Shown here one piece after another: positions 19,707 through 30,073 of a stretch of DNA of 64,000 nucleotides (position 1 is the first letter of the stretch; each line of letters starts with the position of its first letter). The notes under the pieces were generated by a model. The model saw only the letters and a program-made list of their open reading frames with translations, searched no databases and was not told the origin of the DNA. The position numbers and the translations under genes are program-made. Where the stretch lies: NCBI GenBank assembly GCA_965223265.1, contig OZ244999.1, forward strand, positions 5,312,001-5,376,000, written 5' to 3'. Origin of the DNA: Planctomycetota bacterium (GTDB lineage: Bacteria; Planctomycetota; UBA8108; SXIK01).

Positions 19707-20504
19707 TCAGCTGTCCCCGCCACTCTCGCGCAAGACGTCCTCCGGCTGCGGCAGATCCTTAATCGAGTCGAGTCCAAAGCTCTCGAGAAACCGTTTCGTG
19801 GTGCCGTAGAGCAGAGCTTTCCCGAGCCCCTCGTCGCGCCCGACGACCTTGATCAGCCCACGATCGAGCAGCGAGCGTAGGATCTGGCTACAATCGACGC
19901 CGCGGATGCCTTCAAGATCCGCCTTCGTTAACGGTTGCTTGTAGGCGATCACGGACAGGGTCTCCAGCGCCGCCGCGGACAACCGTCCCTCGCGCTGCTT
20001 CTTTCCCAGCTGTCGCACCCACGGATCAAACCGACTCTGGGTCAAAATCTGAACGCCACCGGCGACCTCCTCGAGGCGAAACGCTCGCTTGGTATCGGCG
20101 TACTCGTAGCGCAGCTCGTCGACCGCACTACGGATGTCGTGCACTCCGACGCCGAGAAGCTCACCGAGCGCACGAATCCCAATTGGCTCGGCAAGTGAAA
20201 ACAAAAGAGCCTCAACGGCGCCCTTGATCTCGTCGGGGCTACCAGGCGGCTCCACCGCATGGCGATCGGCCTCCTGGCGTGTCTTCTCTGCCTTCTTCCG
20301 TTTGCCGCGATCGTCCGTCGCCGTCTCGGCCGCAGCCTCCAGCCCGACCGCCTCGAGCTCACGCACTTGCTCAACGTCGTCGCGCTCGCCCTCGACGGCG
20401 GCTTCGTCGTCCTGTGGCTTTCTGCTCGGCATCTCGGCTACCTCGGCGCCGCCGTTCGGCGCGCCTGACTCGACAGTAGTGTCGTCGCGTTTGTCCTGAA
20501 TCAT
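19707..20504 (-). CDS. scpB: SMC-Scp complex subunit ScpB
   Basis: AVEALLF, EEVAGGVQ, LSAAALETLSVIAYKQP, IRGVDC, LYGTTKRFLESFGL..LKDLP; acidic N-terminal extension. Confidence 0.93.
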   Translation of the reverse strand: MIQDKRDDTTVESGAPNGGAEVAEMPSRKPQDDEAAVEGERDDVEQVRELEAVGLEAAAETATDDRGKRKKAEKTRQEADRHAVEPPGSPDEIKGAVEALLFSLAEPIGIRALGELLGVGVHDIRSAVDELRYEYADTKRAFRLEEVAGGVQILTQSRFDPWVRQLGKKQREGRLSAAALETLSVIAYKQPLTKADLEGIRGVDCSQILRSLLDRGLIKVVGRDEGLGKALLYGTTKRFLESFGLDSIKDLPQPEDVLRESGGDS

Positions 20505-20571
20505 GGCGCCTCACTCCCTTCCCGATATCCCGCCCCGACGGGCATCCGCACCCGTCGCTGTCTCGGACTCT

Positions 20572-20872
20572 GTCCTCCGTCTCCGTCTCCGTCTCGTCTC
20601 CGTCTCGTCTCCGTCTCGTCTCCGTCTCGTCTCGTCTCGTCTCGTCTCGTCTCGTTTGCGTTTGCGTTTGCGTTTGCGTTTGCGTTTGCGTTTGCGTTTG
20701 CGTTTGCGTTTGCGTTTGCGTTTGCGTGGGCGTTTGCGTGGGCGTGGGCGTCTCTGCCTCTGTCTCTGTCTCCGCCTCTGTCTCTGCCTCTGTCTCCGCC
20801 TCTGCCTCTGTCTCCGCCTCTGTCTCCGCCTCTGTCTCTGTCTCCGCCTCTGTCTCTGTCTCCGCCTCCGCC
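20572..20872. repeat. composite penta/hexanucleotide microsatellite
   Basis: (CGTCT/CGTCTC)n, then (CGTTTG)x12 at 20653-20724, CGTGGG units, then about 20 YGYCTC units at 20749-20868. Confidence 0.95.
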
Positions 20873-20873
20873 C

Positions 20874-22031
20874 TCAATGATTCGCGTCTGCCGCCGCGGC
20901 CGGCACCGCCCCTCCACCGGGAAGCTCCGCGAGCGGCGGATCAGGTGCATCGATGAACGGTGATCCAAGAAGATCGATCGAGGCTCTCTCCTGAAGTATT
21001 CGTAATACGTTCTCACTTTCGCGCGGCGACGGCTCCATATTTTCGAGCTCGCGTCGCATTTTCTCGCGGCAGTCCGCAAAGTTCTCGCTCTCGATCACCT
21101 CGATGACCTGAAAGATGTGGTAGGCACCGGCCAACGGATTCTCGATCGGGTCGCTCACCTCCCCGGCCTTCAGCGCCAAGATCGGCGCCCTGAACTCGGG
21201 GACTTTCATCTTCGTTTCCTTGTGAACGGGTCCGACCATGCCGCCGTTCGGAGCGCTCGCGGGATCATCCGATTCGGTCCGTGCGATCAGTGCAAAGTCG
21301 GCCCCCTGCCTGAGTCTCTCCACCGTTCGCTGCGACCGGCGGAACGTTTCGAGCTTGTCCCCCGCCCCCTCTGCTTCCGGACCAAAGGTGTACACGATCT
21401 GTCGCATGATGTGGCGGCGGTATCGGTACGTTTCTTGGTAGTACGCCTCGAGGCTGAGCTCAGAGATCTGACGCTGCGACTTGGTCACAGCCGCGATCAA
21501 AAGCTGCGTGGAGACCTCGCGCTCAAGGTCGTGGCGAACTGCGCGCATCGAGAGGCCCTCCTGGCGATACTGCTCTTCGAGTGCCCGCTCGCCACCAGCT
21601 TGCTGTGCCATCGCGGCTAGGATTGAATCAACCTTCTGCTTCGCCTCTTCTCGCGACACAGAGATCCCGACCCGTTCCGCCTCCTGAAGAAAGAGCTCCT
21701 CCTTAATCACGCCGGAAAGCAACTTCATCGTCCCGAAGCGGCGCAACACCCGCAGATAAAACTCGCCTCGAGTGATCGGACGCCCGTTGACCCGCGCCAG
21801 CACTTCCTTCGGTTGGCCCCACGGCTCCGATTCAAGACTCTCGGTCAGCTGCTGGCTCCTGGCCGAGCCGCTGTCGGCTCCCTGCCGCGCCGCGTGAAAC
21901 TTGCAGCCGACCAAAACCGGCGACAGAACGACCGGCATGAAGGTCAAGAGCACGGCGTAGCGCCGCGGCGTTCGAATGGGCCATTCTAGACCCGACGATC
22001 GCGTCCGACGCAAAACTCGATTCAACACCAT
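20874..22031 (-). CDS. PpiC-type peptidyl-prolyl isomerase (SurA/PrsA-like lipoprotein)
   Basis: LVGC lipobox; VLARVNGRPIT; GADFALIARTESDDPASAPNGG; LKAGEVSDPI..AYHIFQV; start uncertain. Confidence 0.8.
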   Translation of the reverse strand: MVLNRVLRRTRSSGLEWPIRTPRRYAVLLTFMPVVLSPVLVGCKFHAARQGADSGSARSQQLTESLESEPWGQPKEVLARVNGRPITRGEFYLRVLRRFGTMKLLSGVIKEELFLQEAERVGISVSREEAKQKVDSILAAMAQQAGGERALEEQYRQEGLSMRAVRHDLEREVSTQLLIAAVTKSQRQISELSLEAYYQETYRYRRHIMRQIVYTFGPEAEGAGDKLETFRRSQRTVERLRQGADFALIARTESDDPASAPNGGMVGPVHKETKMKVPEFRAPILALKAGEVSDPIENPLAGAYHIFQVIEVIESENFADCREKMRRELENMEPSPRESENVLRILQERASIDLLGSPFIDAPDPPLAELPGGGAVPAAAADANH

Positions 22032-22167
22032 ACCGGGTATTCTCCTTACTCCTTCTCAACCAATGTACGAGTCGGTTTCACAGCGGGCGCGACGCGACGA
22101 CTGCAATCGTGGCCGAGATTCTAACCGCCAGACCACGCTAGTACTACCGATGAACAGAGGCCGGGAG

Positions 22168-22881
22168 TCACAGCGCCGCGAGAGCTGTCCGCTGCGCTTC
22201 GAAGACGGTATCGATCCCACGGCTCGCCAGCGCAACAAGCTCATCAAGTCGGGCGCGTGACATTGGCTCTTTCTCCGAGGTCCCCTGAATCTCGATGATC
22301 GAACCGTCCTCCAAAAGGACGAGGTTAAGATCGACGTCGGCGCTCGAGTCGGCGGCGTAGTCGAGGTCAAGGCACAGCTTGCCATCGACGATTCCTGCGC
22401 TCATCGCCCCCACGGCCTGTCGCAGCGGCGAGCGTGAGAGCCGACCGGTTGCCTGCGCCTTCTGGCAGGCGATCGCCACCGCCACATAGGCGCCGTTGAT
22501 CGACGCCGTCCGCGTGCCCCCGTCGGCTTGCAGGACATCGCAGTCGATCTGCAGCGTCCAGCCATCGAGCGCAGTCAGGTCCAGTACGCCGCGCAGCGAG
22601 CGACCGATCAGACGCTGGATCTCCTGGGTCCGCCCGGAAACCTGCCCGCTGCGCTCGCGGCGGGCGCGGGGCGTCGTTGATGTCGGCAACAGGGAGTACT
22701 CTGCCGTCGCCCAGCCTTTTCCGCGCCCTTCGAGAAACGCCGGCACCCCTTCGTTCAAGACGGCAGCGCACAGGACCCGTGTCCCACCGCAGGAATAGAG
22801 CACGTTGGCGGGATGCTGCTCGATAAACCCGGCAGCGATCTCGATCCGCCGGGGACGGTCGTAGGGTCGAGTCTCAGGCAT
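22168..22881 (-). CDS. rph: ribonuclease PH
   Basis: GWATAEYSLLP, SGRTQEIQRLIGRSLR, DCDVLQADGGTRTASING, EIQGTSE. Confidence 0.96.
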   Translation of the reverse strand: MPETRPYDRPRRIEIAAGFIEQHPANVLYSCGGTRVLCAAVLNEGVPAFLEGRGKGWATAEYSLLPTSTTPRARRERSGQVSGRTQEIQRLIGRSLRGVLDLTALDGWTLQIDCDVLQADGGTRTASINGAYVAVAIACQKAQATGRLSRSPLRQAVGAMSAGIVDGKLCLDLDYAADSSADVDLNLVLLEDGSIIEIQGTSEKEPMSRARLDELVALASRGIDTVFEAQRTALAAL

Positions 22882-23071
22882 ACGATAGACTCCGATCGGG
22901 CATGGAAGGCAAGGTGACGGACGCGGCAGCTTATCAGCGGAAGCCGCGGCGGATCAAGGCAGCCCGCGGGCGCCGCGCAGTCGAAATGTGGCACCAAGCC
23001 CCCGGCGCGAAACCGATTCGGGGCACTTCCTGCCATGAAACGATCAGCGCGGCTCTCTCACAGGGGTGGCT

Positions 23072-24343
23072 TCACTCCCGCGTCGTCGACGACTGACCCG
23101 GCACCGCGACGTCATGGAAATCGTTCGCGCGTGCCTTCCAGAGCCGCAGCCACGCGGTCGCGTTGTGGGCGTGATCCTCTCCGAGAATGCGCCGCAGTGT
23201 CGAGCGGACTGCTGGGCGCGCAGGGCTGTCCCTCGCGGCGCGACAGAGGTCCGGCATCCACCGTTTGCGCACCGCGGCGAAAAGGACACGCTCAATGCGC
23301 TTGATCCGCGTCGCGTCTGACTCAGACAGCGGCACGGTCAACGCCCACTGAAGACTGTCGCGCGGCTGGAACGATGCGATGGTGCGTTCCAGCTCCGCCC
23401 AAACAGTCTCCTCGGCTTCCACAAGGCACTGGCGATGCAGCGCCTGGACTGCGGTGGCCACGGCACGCTGCAGAGCGGAGTCCGGCTGCGGCGGCGTTGA
23501 CGTATTCAGTTGACGCAGGAGGGCCATCACGGCGACGCGGATCGTGACACGACGGTCGGATACATGCGCCGCCAACACCTCGATAGCGACCGCGCGCCGC
23601 TGACGAACACTTCGGCGCAGCTCAGCGACAGCCCAAGTAACAATCGTCTCGTTGGCAGAGACAAGAAGATCCACTTGATCTTCGAGGTCGCGGCGCGCCG
23701 CCATTTCGTCGCGGCGACGTCGCTCGCGCTCGGTCATCCACTCGCCGTTGTGGCGAACCACGTCACTTCTCTTTCGCAGCTCGGACTTGAGCACCCAGCG
23801 GTTTTCAAACACGGTGTAGCCCATCGCGTCGCGCCCGAGTGGATGGTGAGGATCGATCAGCAACAGACGCTCAGCGACGCGCCGGACGCCTTGGCGAAGG
23901 CGCTGCTCGCGAGCCCACACGAGGAGATCGACAAAGGGCTCGATCTCGCCGTCGCGCAGCTGCGAGAAACGGGCCTCGAAGACGTCTTCTGAATTCCGAG
24001 TGCGCTCGATCCTCTCCACTTCGTCGCGTGCAAAACGGACGGAAAACCGGTCGCCCCGCCTGATTTCCACGCTGTCGCCATCCTCGACGACACTACCCTC
24101 GATCCGCCGCCCGTCCTTCAGGTACACCACGTCGGCCCGAGGCGCGCCAGAGCGCGCCCAGAGCCCGATGAAGCACAGCGCCACGACGAGCACAGAGCGC
24201 CGCCAGCGCCCGCGAATCACGCTAGCACCACCGCCTCGCATCGACGACGCGATCTGCGCGATGAGAAAGCGTCCCTGTTGACGCTTCAACTTGCGCTCCG
24301 TCGACATGGTCAGTCGCCCTGGCCTGGTGAAAAACTCTCGCAC
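23072..24343 (-). CDS. hypothetical exported protein (DxVYLKDG N-domain, HEAT-like C-half)
   Basis: Signal-like segment then ADVVYLKDGRRIEG; IDPHHPLGRDAMGY; helical C-half; start uncertain (24307 possible). Confidence 0.65.
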   Translation of the reverse strand: MREFFTRPGRLTMSTERKLKRQQGRFLIAQIASSMRGGGASVIRGRWRRSVLVVALCFIGLWARSGAPRADVVYLKDGRRIEGSVVEDGDSVEIRRGDRFSVRFARDEVERIERTRNSEDVFEARFSQLRDGEIEPFVDLLVWAREQRLRQGVRRVAERLLLIDPHHPLGRDAMGYTVFENRWVLKSELRKRSDVVRHNGEWMTERERRRRDEMAARRDLEDQVDLLVSANETIVTWAVAELRRSVRQRRAVAIEVLAAHVSDRRVTIRVAVMALLRQLNTSTPPQPDSALQRAVATAVQALHRQCLVEAEETVWAELERTIASFQPRDSLQWALTVPLSESDATRIKRIERVLFAAVRKRWMPDLCRAARDSPARPAVRSTLRRILGEDHAHNATAWLRLWKARANDFHDVAVPGQSSTTRE

Positions 24344-24380
24344 CGCGCAGTTGGCTGAGCCAGCGTGCCGGCGTGCACAA

Positions 24381-24464
24381 CAGCCCGCCTGAAAAAGTCA
24401 TTCGGTCGAGAAACGGGCCTCTTCACGACCAGTTTTCGACTCGAAGCACTTTTTCAACGGACTG
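24381..24464 (-). mobile_element. internally deleted copy of the MITE-like element
   Basis: Both terminal arms kept (CAGCCCGCCTGAAAAAGTCATTCGG...CGAAGCACTTTTTCAACGGACTG), centre missing; no matching flank duplication. Confidence 0.75.
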
Positions 24465-24643
24465 ATAGGGCAGGTCAACCGCACGGCGCAAAAAGAAGGC
24501 TGTCCGGCGCCTCGCCCACCATGTATAATTCGCTGCTTTTAACCGACTTGCAACTTTTGATCGGGGATTCTGCAGCGGTTTCAGCGAGTTTGCGGCGCCA
24601 AACAGCCGCCGCACTACCAGCCGCACGTTAGGCAGCATCAAGC

Positions 24644-25357
24644 ATGAAGGACCACAAGCCGCTCGTCGTCATGATCGCCTCGGGCAACGCACACAAAGTC
24701 GAAGAGATCGCCGCCATCCTTGGCGGCCAAGTCACACCCGACGGTCGCAAGCTGGAGGTGGTGAGCGCGGCGCGGCTACCACCTCATGAGCCGATCGAGG
24801 AACCTGGTGCAACCTTCGCGGCCAATGCCGCTATCAAGGCGCGGGCGTATGCCGCTTTGGCCAGCACACTGGCCGCCTCAGCGCGGCCGGACTTCGTTGT
24901 CGCCGACGATTCAGGGTTATGTGTCGACGCGCTCGACGGTCGGCCCGGTGTTCATTCGGCGCGCTACGCTGCAGCCGATGCTACCGACGCGCAGAATCGC
25001 GCTCTCCTCCTGCGTGAGCTGCATGGCGTCGCGCCTGCACGCCGCGGCGCCGCGTTCGTCTGCTCGGTCGCAGGCTGCCGCATCTCGGAGAGGACGACCA
25101 CGACGCCAACCGACATCGGTGTTTGCTGCACCAGCGAAGGACGCTGCGAAGGAACCATTCTCGAGAGCGAGCAGGGCTCCGGTGGTTTCGGCTACGACCC
25201 CATTTTCTACTATCCGCCACTCGGCAGGAGCTTCGCCGAGCTCAGCCAGTCGGAGAAGAACAGCGTCAGCCATCGCGGTCGCGCGTTCGAGGCGCTCGGG
25301 CGACAGCTGACCAGCGGCGCCGCGTCCCCGAGTACTTCTGGCGGTGTAGCAGGGTGA
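24644..25357 (+). CDS. rdgB: non-canonical purine NTP pyrophosphatase (Ham1 family)
   Basis: ASGNAHKVEE, ADDSGLCVDALDGRPGVHSARYA, GFGYDPIF, KNSVSHRGRA; TATAAT at 24524-24529 upstream. Confidence 0.92.
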   Translation: MKDHKPLVVMIASGNAHKVEEIAAILGGQVTPDGRKLEVVSAARLPPHEPIEEPGATFAANAAIKARAYAALASTLAASARPDFVVADDSGLCVDALDGRPGVHSARYAAADATDAQNRALLLRELHGVAPARRGAAFVCSVAGCRISERTTTTPTDIGVCCTSEGRCEGTILESEQGSGGFGYDPIFYYPPLGRSFAELSQSEKNSVSHRGRAFEALGRQLTSGAASPSTSGGVAG

Positions 25358-25582
25358 AGGCTCGGTGAAACAGACCCGGACGCTTCTCGCTAACGCAGTG
25401 CGTTCGACCAACATCGATCTCGAGAGGGCCGAACAGGAGTTTTTGAACATGCACAGGGTTTCTCAGGACAACGAAAAGCCCCAAGGACCTTTGAATCCCC
25501 GTCCGCTCGTTCGGCCAGCCCGACGCGAAACGGCAAAATTCGAGGGTACGCACGGAGTTAGACGAGAGCACTCGCGATCCGC

Positions 25583-27385
25583 ATGATCACCGCGAACGTT
25601 CGTAACTTCTCGATCATCGCCCACATCGACCACGGCAAGTCGACGCTGGCGGATCGCATGTTACAAATCACCGGCGCCGTTTCCGAACGGGAGCTCAAGG
25701 CCCAGTTGCTAGATGATATGGACCTGGAGCGCGAACGCGGCATCACGATCAAGGCGAAAGCGGTGTCCATCCGCTACAAACGACCTGACGGCGAGTACTT
25801 CCTCAATCTCATCGACACCCCTGGCCACGTCGACTTCAGCTATGAGGTCTCACGTAGCCTGGCGGCGTGCGAAGGCGCAGTTCTTCTCGTCGACGCCTCT
25901 CAAGGCGTCGAGGCGCAAACGATCGCCAATGCCTATCTAGCTCTAGAGCAAGACCTGACGATCATTCCTGTGCTCAACAAAATCGACGTTGGCACGTCTC
26001 GGCCCGACGAAGTGACCGAAGAGGTCGTCAACTCCATCGGCGTCGGCGCCGACGAGATCCTACGCGTCAGCGCTAAGACCGGAGACGGAGTGCGCGAGCT
26101 TCTCGACGCGATCGTCGAGCGTGTGCCGCCGCCCAGCGGCTCGGAGGATGCGGCCCCACGGGCGCTCATCTTCGATTCAGTGTATGATGAGTACCGCGGC
26201 GTCATCGTCTACGTGCGCATCGTCGACGGCACCCTGAAGCGGGGCGACCAAATTCTGATGCTTGGCACCGAGAGACACTACGAAATCGAAGAGATCGGCA
26301 CCTTCACGCCCAAGATGAACAAGCTCGACGCGCTACGTACGGGTGAAGTCGGCTACATCATCGCCGGCATCAAAGAGCTGAGCGACGTCAAAGTTGGCGA
26401 CACGGTGACGCATCGAAAGCACTCGGCCGAAGAAAGTCTGCCGGGCTACAAAGAGCCGTTGCCCATGGTGTTTTGCGGACTCTATCCGACGCACAACAGC
26501 GACTTCGAACGTCTCCGCCAAGCTCTCGACAAGCTCAAGCTCAACGACTCATCGTTCAGCTACTCGCCAGAGACGAGCGGTGCGCTGGGCTTCGGGTTCC
26601 GCTGCGGCTTCCTCGGCCTTCTCCACATGGACGTCGTTCAGGAGCGTCTCGAACGCGAGAGCAAACTCGCGATCGTACAAACCGCACCGAATGTCACCTA
26701 CGAGCTCCTCATGAGCGATGGCGAAGTGCGGCGGATCGAGAGTCCGACGGAATTGCCCGACATGAGCGTGGTCGAGGAAATCCGCGAACCGGTTGCGCGC
26801 GCCACTATCATGCTGCCAGCAGAGTACATCGGCAACGTCATGACTCTGATGGAAGAACGACGCTCGCGCTACGTACGCACGGAGTACGTGACGCAGACGC
26901 GCGTCATTTTGGCGTACGACCTACCTTTGGCGGAGCTGATCAGTGACTTCTACGACAAGCTAAAATCCGCGACGCGCGGTTACGGCACGCTTGACTATGA
27001 AGTGCAGGGCTACCAAGCGGAGAGTCTCGTCAAGCTCAACATTCTCGTCAATGGAAGCCCGGTGGACGCGCTGTCACTCATCTGCCATCGCGACGTCGCC
27101 GAACATCGAGGTCGCAAACTACTGCAGAAGCTCCGCAAGGAGATACCACGTCACCTCTTCGAGGTGCCGCTGCAGGCGGCGATCGGCGGCAAGGTGATCG
27201 CTCGTGAGACGATCAAGGCGCTGCGAAAAAACGTCACCGCCAAATGTTACGGTGGCGACATCACGCGTAAGCGCAAACTGCTCGAGAAACAGAAGGAAGG
27301 CAAGCGGCGCATGAAGTCCGTCGGCAACGTCGAGATCCCCCAGGACGCGTTCATGGCCGTACTGAAGTTAGAAGACGACAAGTAG
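25583..27385 (+). CDS. lepA: elongation factor 4
   Basis: [52 protein letters not shown]. Confidence 0.98.
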   Translation: MITANVRNFSIIAHIDHGKSTLADRMLQITGAVSERELKAQLLDDMDLERERGITIKAKAVSIRYKRPDGEYFLNLIDTPGHVDFSYEVSRSLAACEGAVLLVDASQGVEAQTIANAYLALEQDLTIIPVLNKIDVGTSRPDEVTEEVVNSIGVGADEILRVSAKTGDGVRELLDAIVERVPPPSGSEDAAPRALIFDSVYDEYRGVIVYVRIVDGTLKRGDQILMLGTERHYEIEEIGTFTPKMNKLDALRTGEVGYIIAGIKELSDVKVGDTVTHRKHSAEESLPGYKEPLPMVFCGLYPTHNSDFERLRQALDKLKLNDSSFSYSPETSGALGFGFRCGFLGLLHMDVVQERLERESKLAIVQTAPNVTYELLMSDGEVRRIESPTELPDMSVVEEIREPVARATIMLPAEYIGNVMTLMEERRSRYVRTEYVTQTRVILAYDLPLAELISDFYDKLKSATRGYGTLDYEVQGYQAESLVKLNILVNGSPVDALSLICHRDVAEHRGRKLLQKLRKEIPRHLFEVPLQAAIGGKVIARETIKALRKNVTAKCYGGDITRKRKLLEKQKEGKRRMKSVGNVEIPQDAFMAVLKLEDDK

Positions 27386-27429
27386 TCCGCGGCTGCGAGC
27401 AACCAGCACGCCGCGGGCTCGGAGGAAGA

Positions 27430-29184
27430 ATGGCGCATCGACGAAAAAATCGAAAGCCAAGCTACGATGCCGTGAAGGCTTCGCGCAGCAGTGTGGAGGA
27501 TCCAGCGGAAAGCGACTCTCAGGAGTCGACGCGCCCGAAGCCGACGGCGTTCGATGCTGTTCGCGACAACGCAGAGGCGATCATCCTTGCGGTGATCCTG
27601 GCAGTGATCATCCGCCATTTTTCCGTTGAGGCATTTGAGATTCCCACAGGCTCGATGGCGCCGACCCTGTTCGGAATCCACGCCTGGACCGATTGCCCCA
27701 ATTGCGACACCCAGTACAACGTCGCGCTGCAGTCCGACTCGACGACGGGAAAGTTGTCGGTGGACTACGCCCCTGTGACGTTTTACGAAGGCAGCTGCAA
27801 AAACTCTGCATGCGGTATGACGAAACACTTTCGCGGCGTCGGAGGCGTGCCGCTGCGCAGCGGCGCGAACATCGTTTGCACGGCGTGTACGACCGAGTTC
27901 GCACCAGATCCGAGCACGAGCTTGCGGCGGGTGGCAGCTCGGGAATACGAGTCGCAGTGCCCGAGTTGCTGGTTTCGCTTTCGCGACGTTCTTCTGCAGG
28001 ACAACCGCACGGGTGGACACAAAATTCTCGTGTCGAAGTTTCCTTATACCCTGGGTAATCCGGAGCGCTGGGACGTGATCGTCTTCACATTCGACCGTTG
28101 GAAGAACTACATCAAGAGGCTGGTCGGCAAGCCAGGTGAGCGCGTCGACCTGTGGAACGGCGACGTCTACATCGACGGTAAGATCGAAAAGAAGTACCTC
28201 CATCCGTACGTCCAGGATGTCCTGTGGACGAGGATCGCAGACTCCAGCATTCCGGAGCGCAGGCTGCGAGACCACCCCCTGGCGTGGCAGGAAATCAGAG
28301 TCGGACAGGAGCCCGGCGCGCCACCAGCTGGTAAGCTCACCCAGTGGAACCAAGATTCACTCACGTGGAATGTCAATGCCGCGGACGAAGTCGCGGTGCT
28401 CCGGTATGGCCGGCGCTTTGATAACTACTACAACTACAATCTTCTGCGCGACACCCCAAGCAACTCCGAGCGCTATCAGGTAGGAGATAAGCGCGTCGAG
28501 TTTGCGGTCCGCCCGCTCGAAGTACCGTCGTCGATCACGCGTTCAAAGGAGATGGACGTCTCGTGGGTGGGCGCTGAGATCCGTGAGGGTGAGTTCACCT
28601 TTCAGCTGCGCCTGCCGGTCGGCAAGCAAGGAGGGAAGGACGGAGATGTCGCAGTGCTCGAACGCCTGCCGACGATCGTTTCCGGTTCGCCAGCCCCGCT
28701 GCGACGAGCTGCCGCTGACGAGACCTTGCGACAAACCAAACCGATCTCGCTGCCTGTCAACCGCAAGAGCGAAGTCGCACTCGAAATCCTCGACGATCGC
28801 GTCGCGGCCTACGTTGGCGGCGAGCTCATCCTGTCGATCGAATACGACAGTCTTTCCGGCATGAAGCCAAGCGAGCGACCACCTTCACCGACCCGCGACG
28901 TCAGCGCACACTCCCTCGACCTCATCGTCGCCGACAACCAAGTGGAATTCTCCGACGTGAGGGTTTACCGTGACATGTACTATATCGGGCGGGGAGAGAA
29001 CCCCTCGCTCATCAGTTCCGTTCAGCTCGGAGAAGACCAGTATTTCGCTTTGGGTGACAACGGCCCGTCCTCCTCAGACGGTCGCATGTGGCGACATGTC
29101 CCGGCGGACAACATGATGGGGAAGGCCTTCGCCGTCTTTTGGCCAGCATGGCCGACAAACTTTCAGTGCAAGTTCATTCGCTGA
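27430..29184 (+). CDS. lepB: signal peptidase I with Cys-rich and beta-rich insertions
   Basis: EAFEIPTGSMAPTL (Ser), RWDVIVF, NYIKRLVGKPGE (Lys), YFALGDNGPSSSDGRMW; directly after lepA. Confidence 0.92.
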   Translation: MAHRRKNRKPSYDAVKASRSSVEDPAESDSQESTRPKPTAFDAVRDNAEAIILAVILAVIIRHFSVEAFEIPTGSMAPTLFGIHAWTDCPNCDTQYNVALQSDSTTGKLSVDYAPVTFYEGSCKNSACGMTKHFRGVGGVPLRSGANIVCTACTTEFAPDPSTSLRRVAAREYESQCPSCWFRFRDVLLQDNRTGGHKILVSKFPYTLGNPERWDVIVFTFDRWKNYIKRLVGKPGERVDLWNGDVYIDGKIEKKYLHPYVQDVLWTRIADSSIPERRLRDHPLAWQEIRVGQEPGAPPAGKLTQWNQDSLTWNVNAADEVAVLRYGRRFDNYYNYNLLRDTPSNSERYQVGDKRVEFAVRPLEVPSSITRSKEMDVSWVGAEIREGEFTFQLRLPVGKQGGKDGDVAVLERLPTIVSGSPAPLRRAAADETLRQTKPISLPVNRKSEVALEILDDRVAAYVGGELILSIEYDSLSGMKPSERPPSPTRDVSAHSLDLIVADNQVEFSDVRVYRDMYYIGRGENPSLISSVQLGEDQYFALGDNGPSSSDGRMWRHVPADNMMGKAFAVFWPAWPTNFQCKFIR

Positions 29185-29224
29185 CGCAGTGTCGGCGGAA
29201 CGAAGAATTGAAGAGGAAACTGAC

Positions 29225-29998
29225 ATGTCGCAGGCACAAACCGAGACGGATTCGCTGGTCATCGACCCGCTCGAACTGCCGCTTCTCGAGGTCGACGGAC
29301 TCGTGAAAGAATACGGCGCACGGCGCGTCGTCAACGAAGTCAGCTTCACGGTCGGCCGTAGCGAAATCATCGGCCTGCTGGGGAAAAACGGCGCTGGAAA
29401 AACGACGACATTCCGCATGACGATCGGCATGATCGCCCCGGACGAAGGCTCGATCCGTTTCCAAGGCAAAGACGTCACGAAGCTGCCGATGTACAAACGC
29501 GCCCGCCTCGGCATGGGCTACCTGTCGCAGGAGCCCAGCGTCTTTCGTGGCTTGACCGTTGAGCAAAACCTCAATGCGATCTTAGAGACGACGCCACTCA
29601 ACTCGGCCGAGCGTGTTCGCAAACGAGACGAGCTCGTCGAAGAGTTCGGACTGGGAGCACTGCGCCACTCCAAAGCGGCGGTTCTCTCAGGCGGTGAAAA
29701 GCGCCGACTTGAGATCGCGCGCGCTCTCATCACTGACCCGAGTCTCATTCTGCTCGACGAACCCTTCAGCGGCGTCGATCCGATCGCCGTCAGCGACATC
29801 CAAGAGATCATCTTTGCACTGCGGGAACGTGGCATTGGCATCCTGGTGACCGACCACAACGTCCGTGAAACCCTCAATACGACAGACCGCTCGTTCATTA
29901 TCCTCGATGGCAGCATCATTGCGCACGGCGCGCGCGACGAGATCCTGTCCAATAGCAATGCCCGAAAGTACTATCTCGGTGAACGCTTCACGATGTGA
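29225..29998 (+). CDS. lptB: LPS export ABC transporter ATPase
   Basis: GLLGKNGAGKTTTF, LPMYKRARLGMGYLSQEPSVF, LSGGEKRRLEIARAL, DEPFSGVDP, TDHNVRETL; GAGGA RBS before ATG 29225. Confidence 0.93.
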   Translation: MSQAQTETDSLVIDPLELPLLEVDGLVKEYGARRVVNEVSFTVGRSEIIGLLGKNGAGKTTTFRMTIGMIAPDEGSIRFQGKDVTKLPMYKRARLGMGYLSQEPSVFRGLTVEQNLNAILETTPLNSAERVRKRDELVEEFGLGALRHSKAAVLSGGEKRRLEIARALITDPSLILLDEPFSGVDPIAVSDIQEIIFALRERGIGILVTDHNVRETLNTTDRSFIILDGSIIAHGARDEILSNSNARKYYLGERFTM

Positions 29999-30073
29999 GC
30001 AGGGATCGAGTGCCGCGGGCGACTTCTCACCCCCAAGAGACCGCACGAAGCAACGGAGACCTTCGAGTCAGAC

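Noticed and set aside
20371-21079. ORFs reading (AE/TE)n, (RL)n, (AN)n, (SV)n
   Set aside because: All are translations of the microsatellite; no RBS; they overlap real genes
25365-25586. 73-aa ORF overlapping the lepA start (ATGA)
   Set aside because: No recognisable motif; more likely the lepA promoter/leader, though a small coupled ORF cannot be excluded
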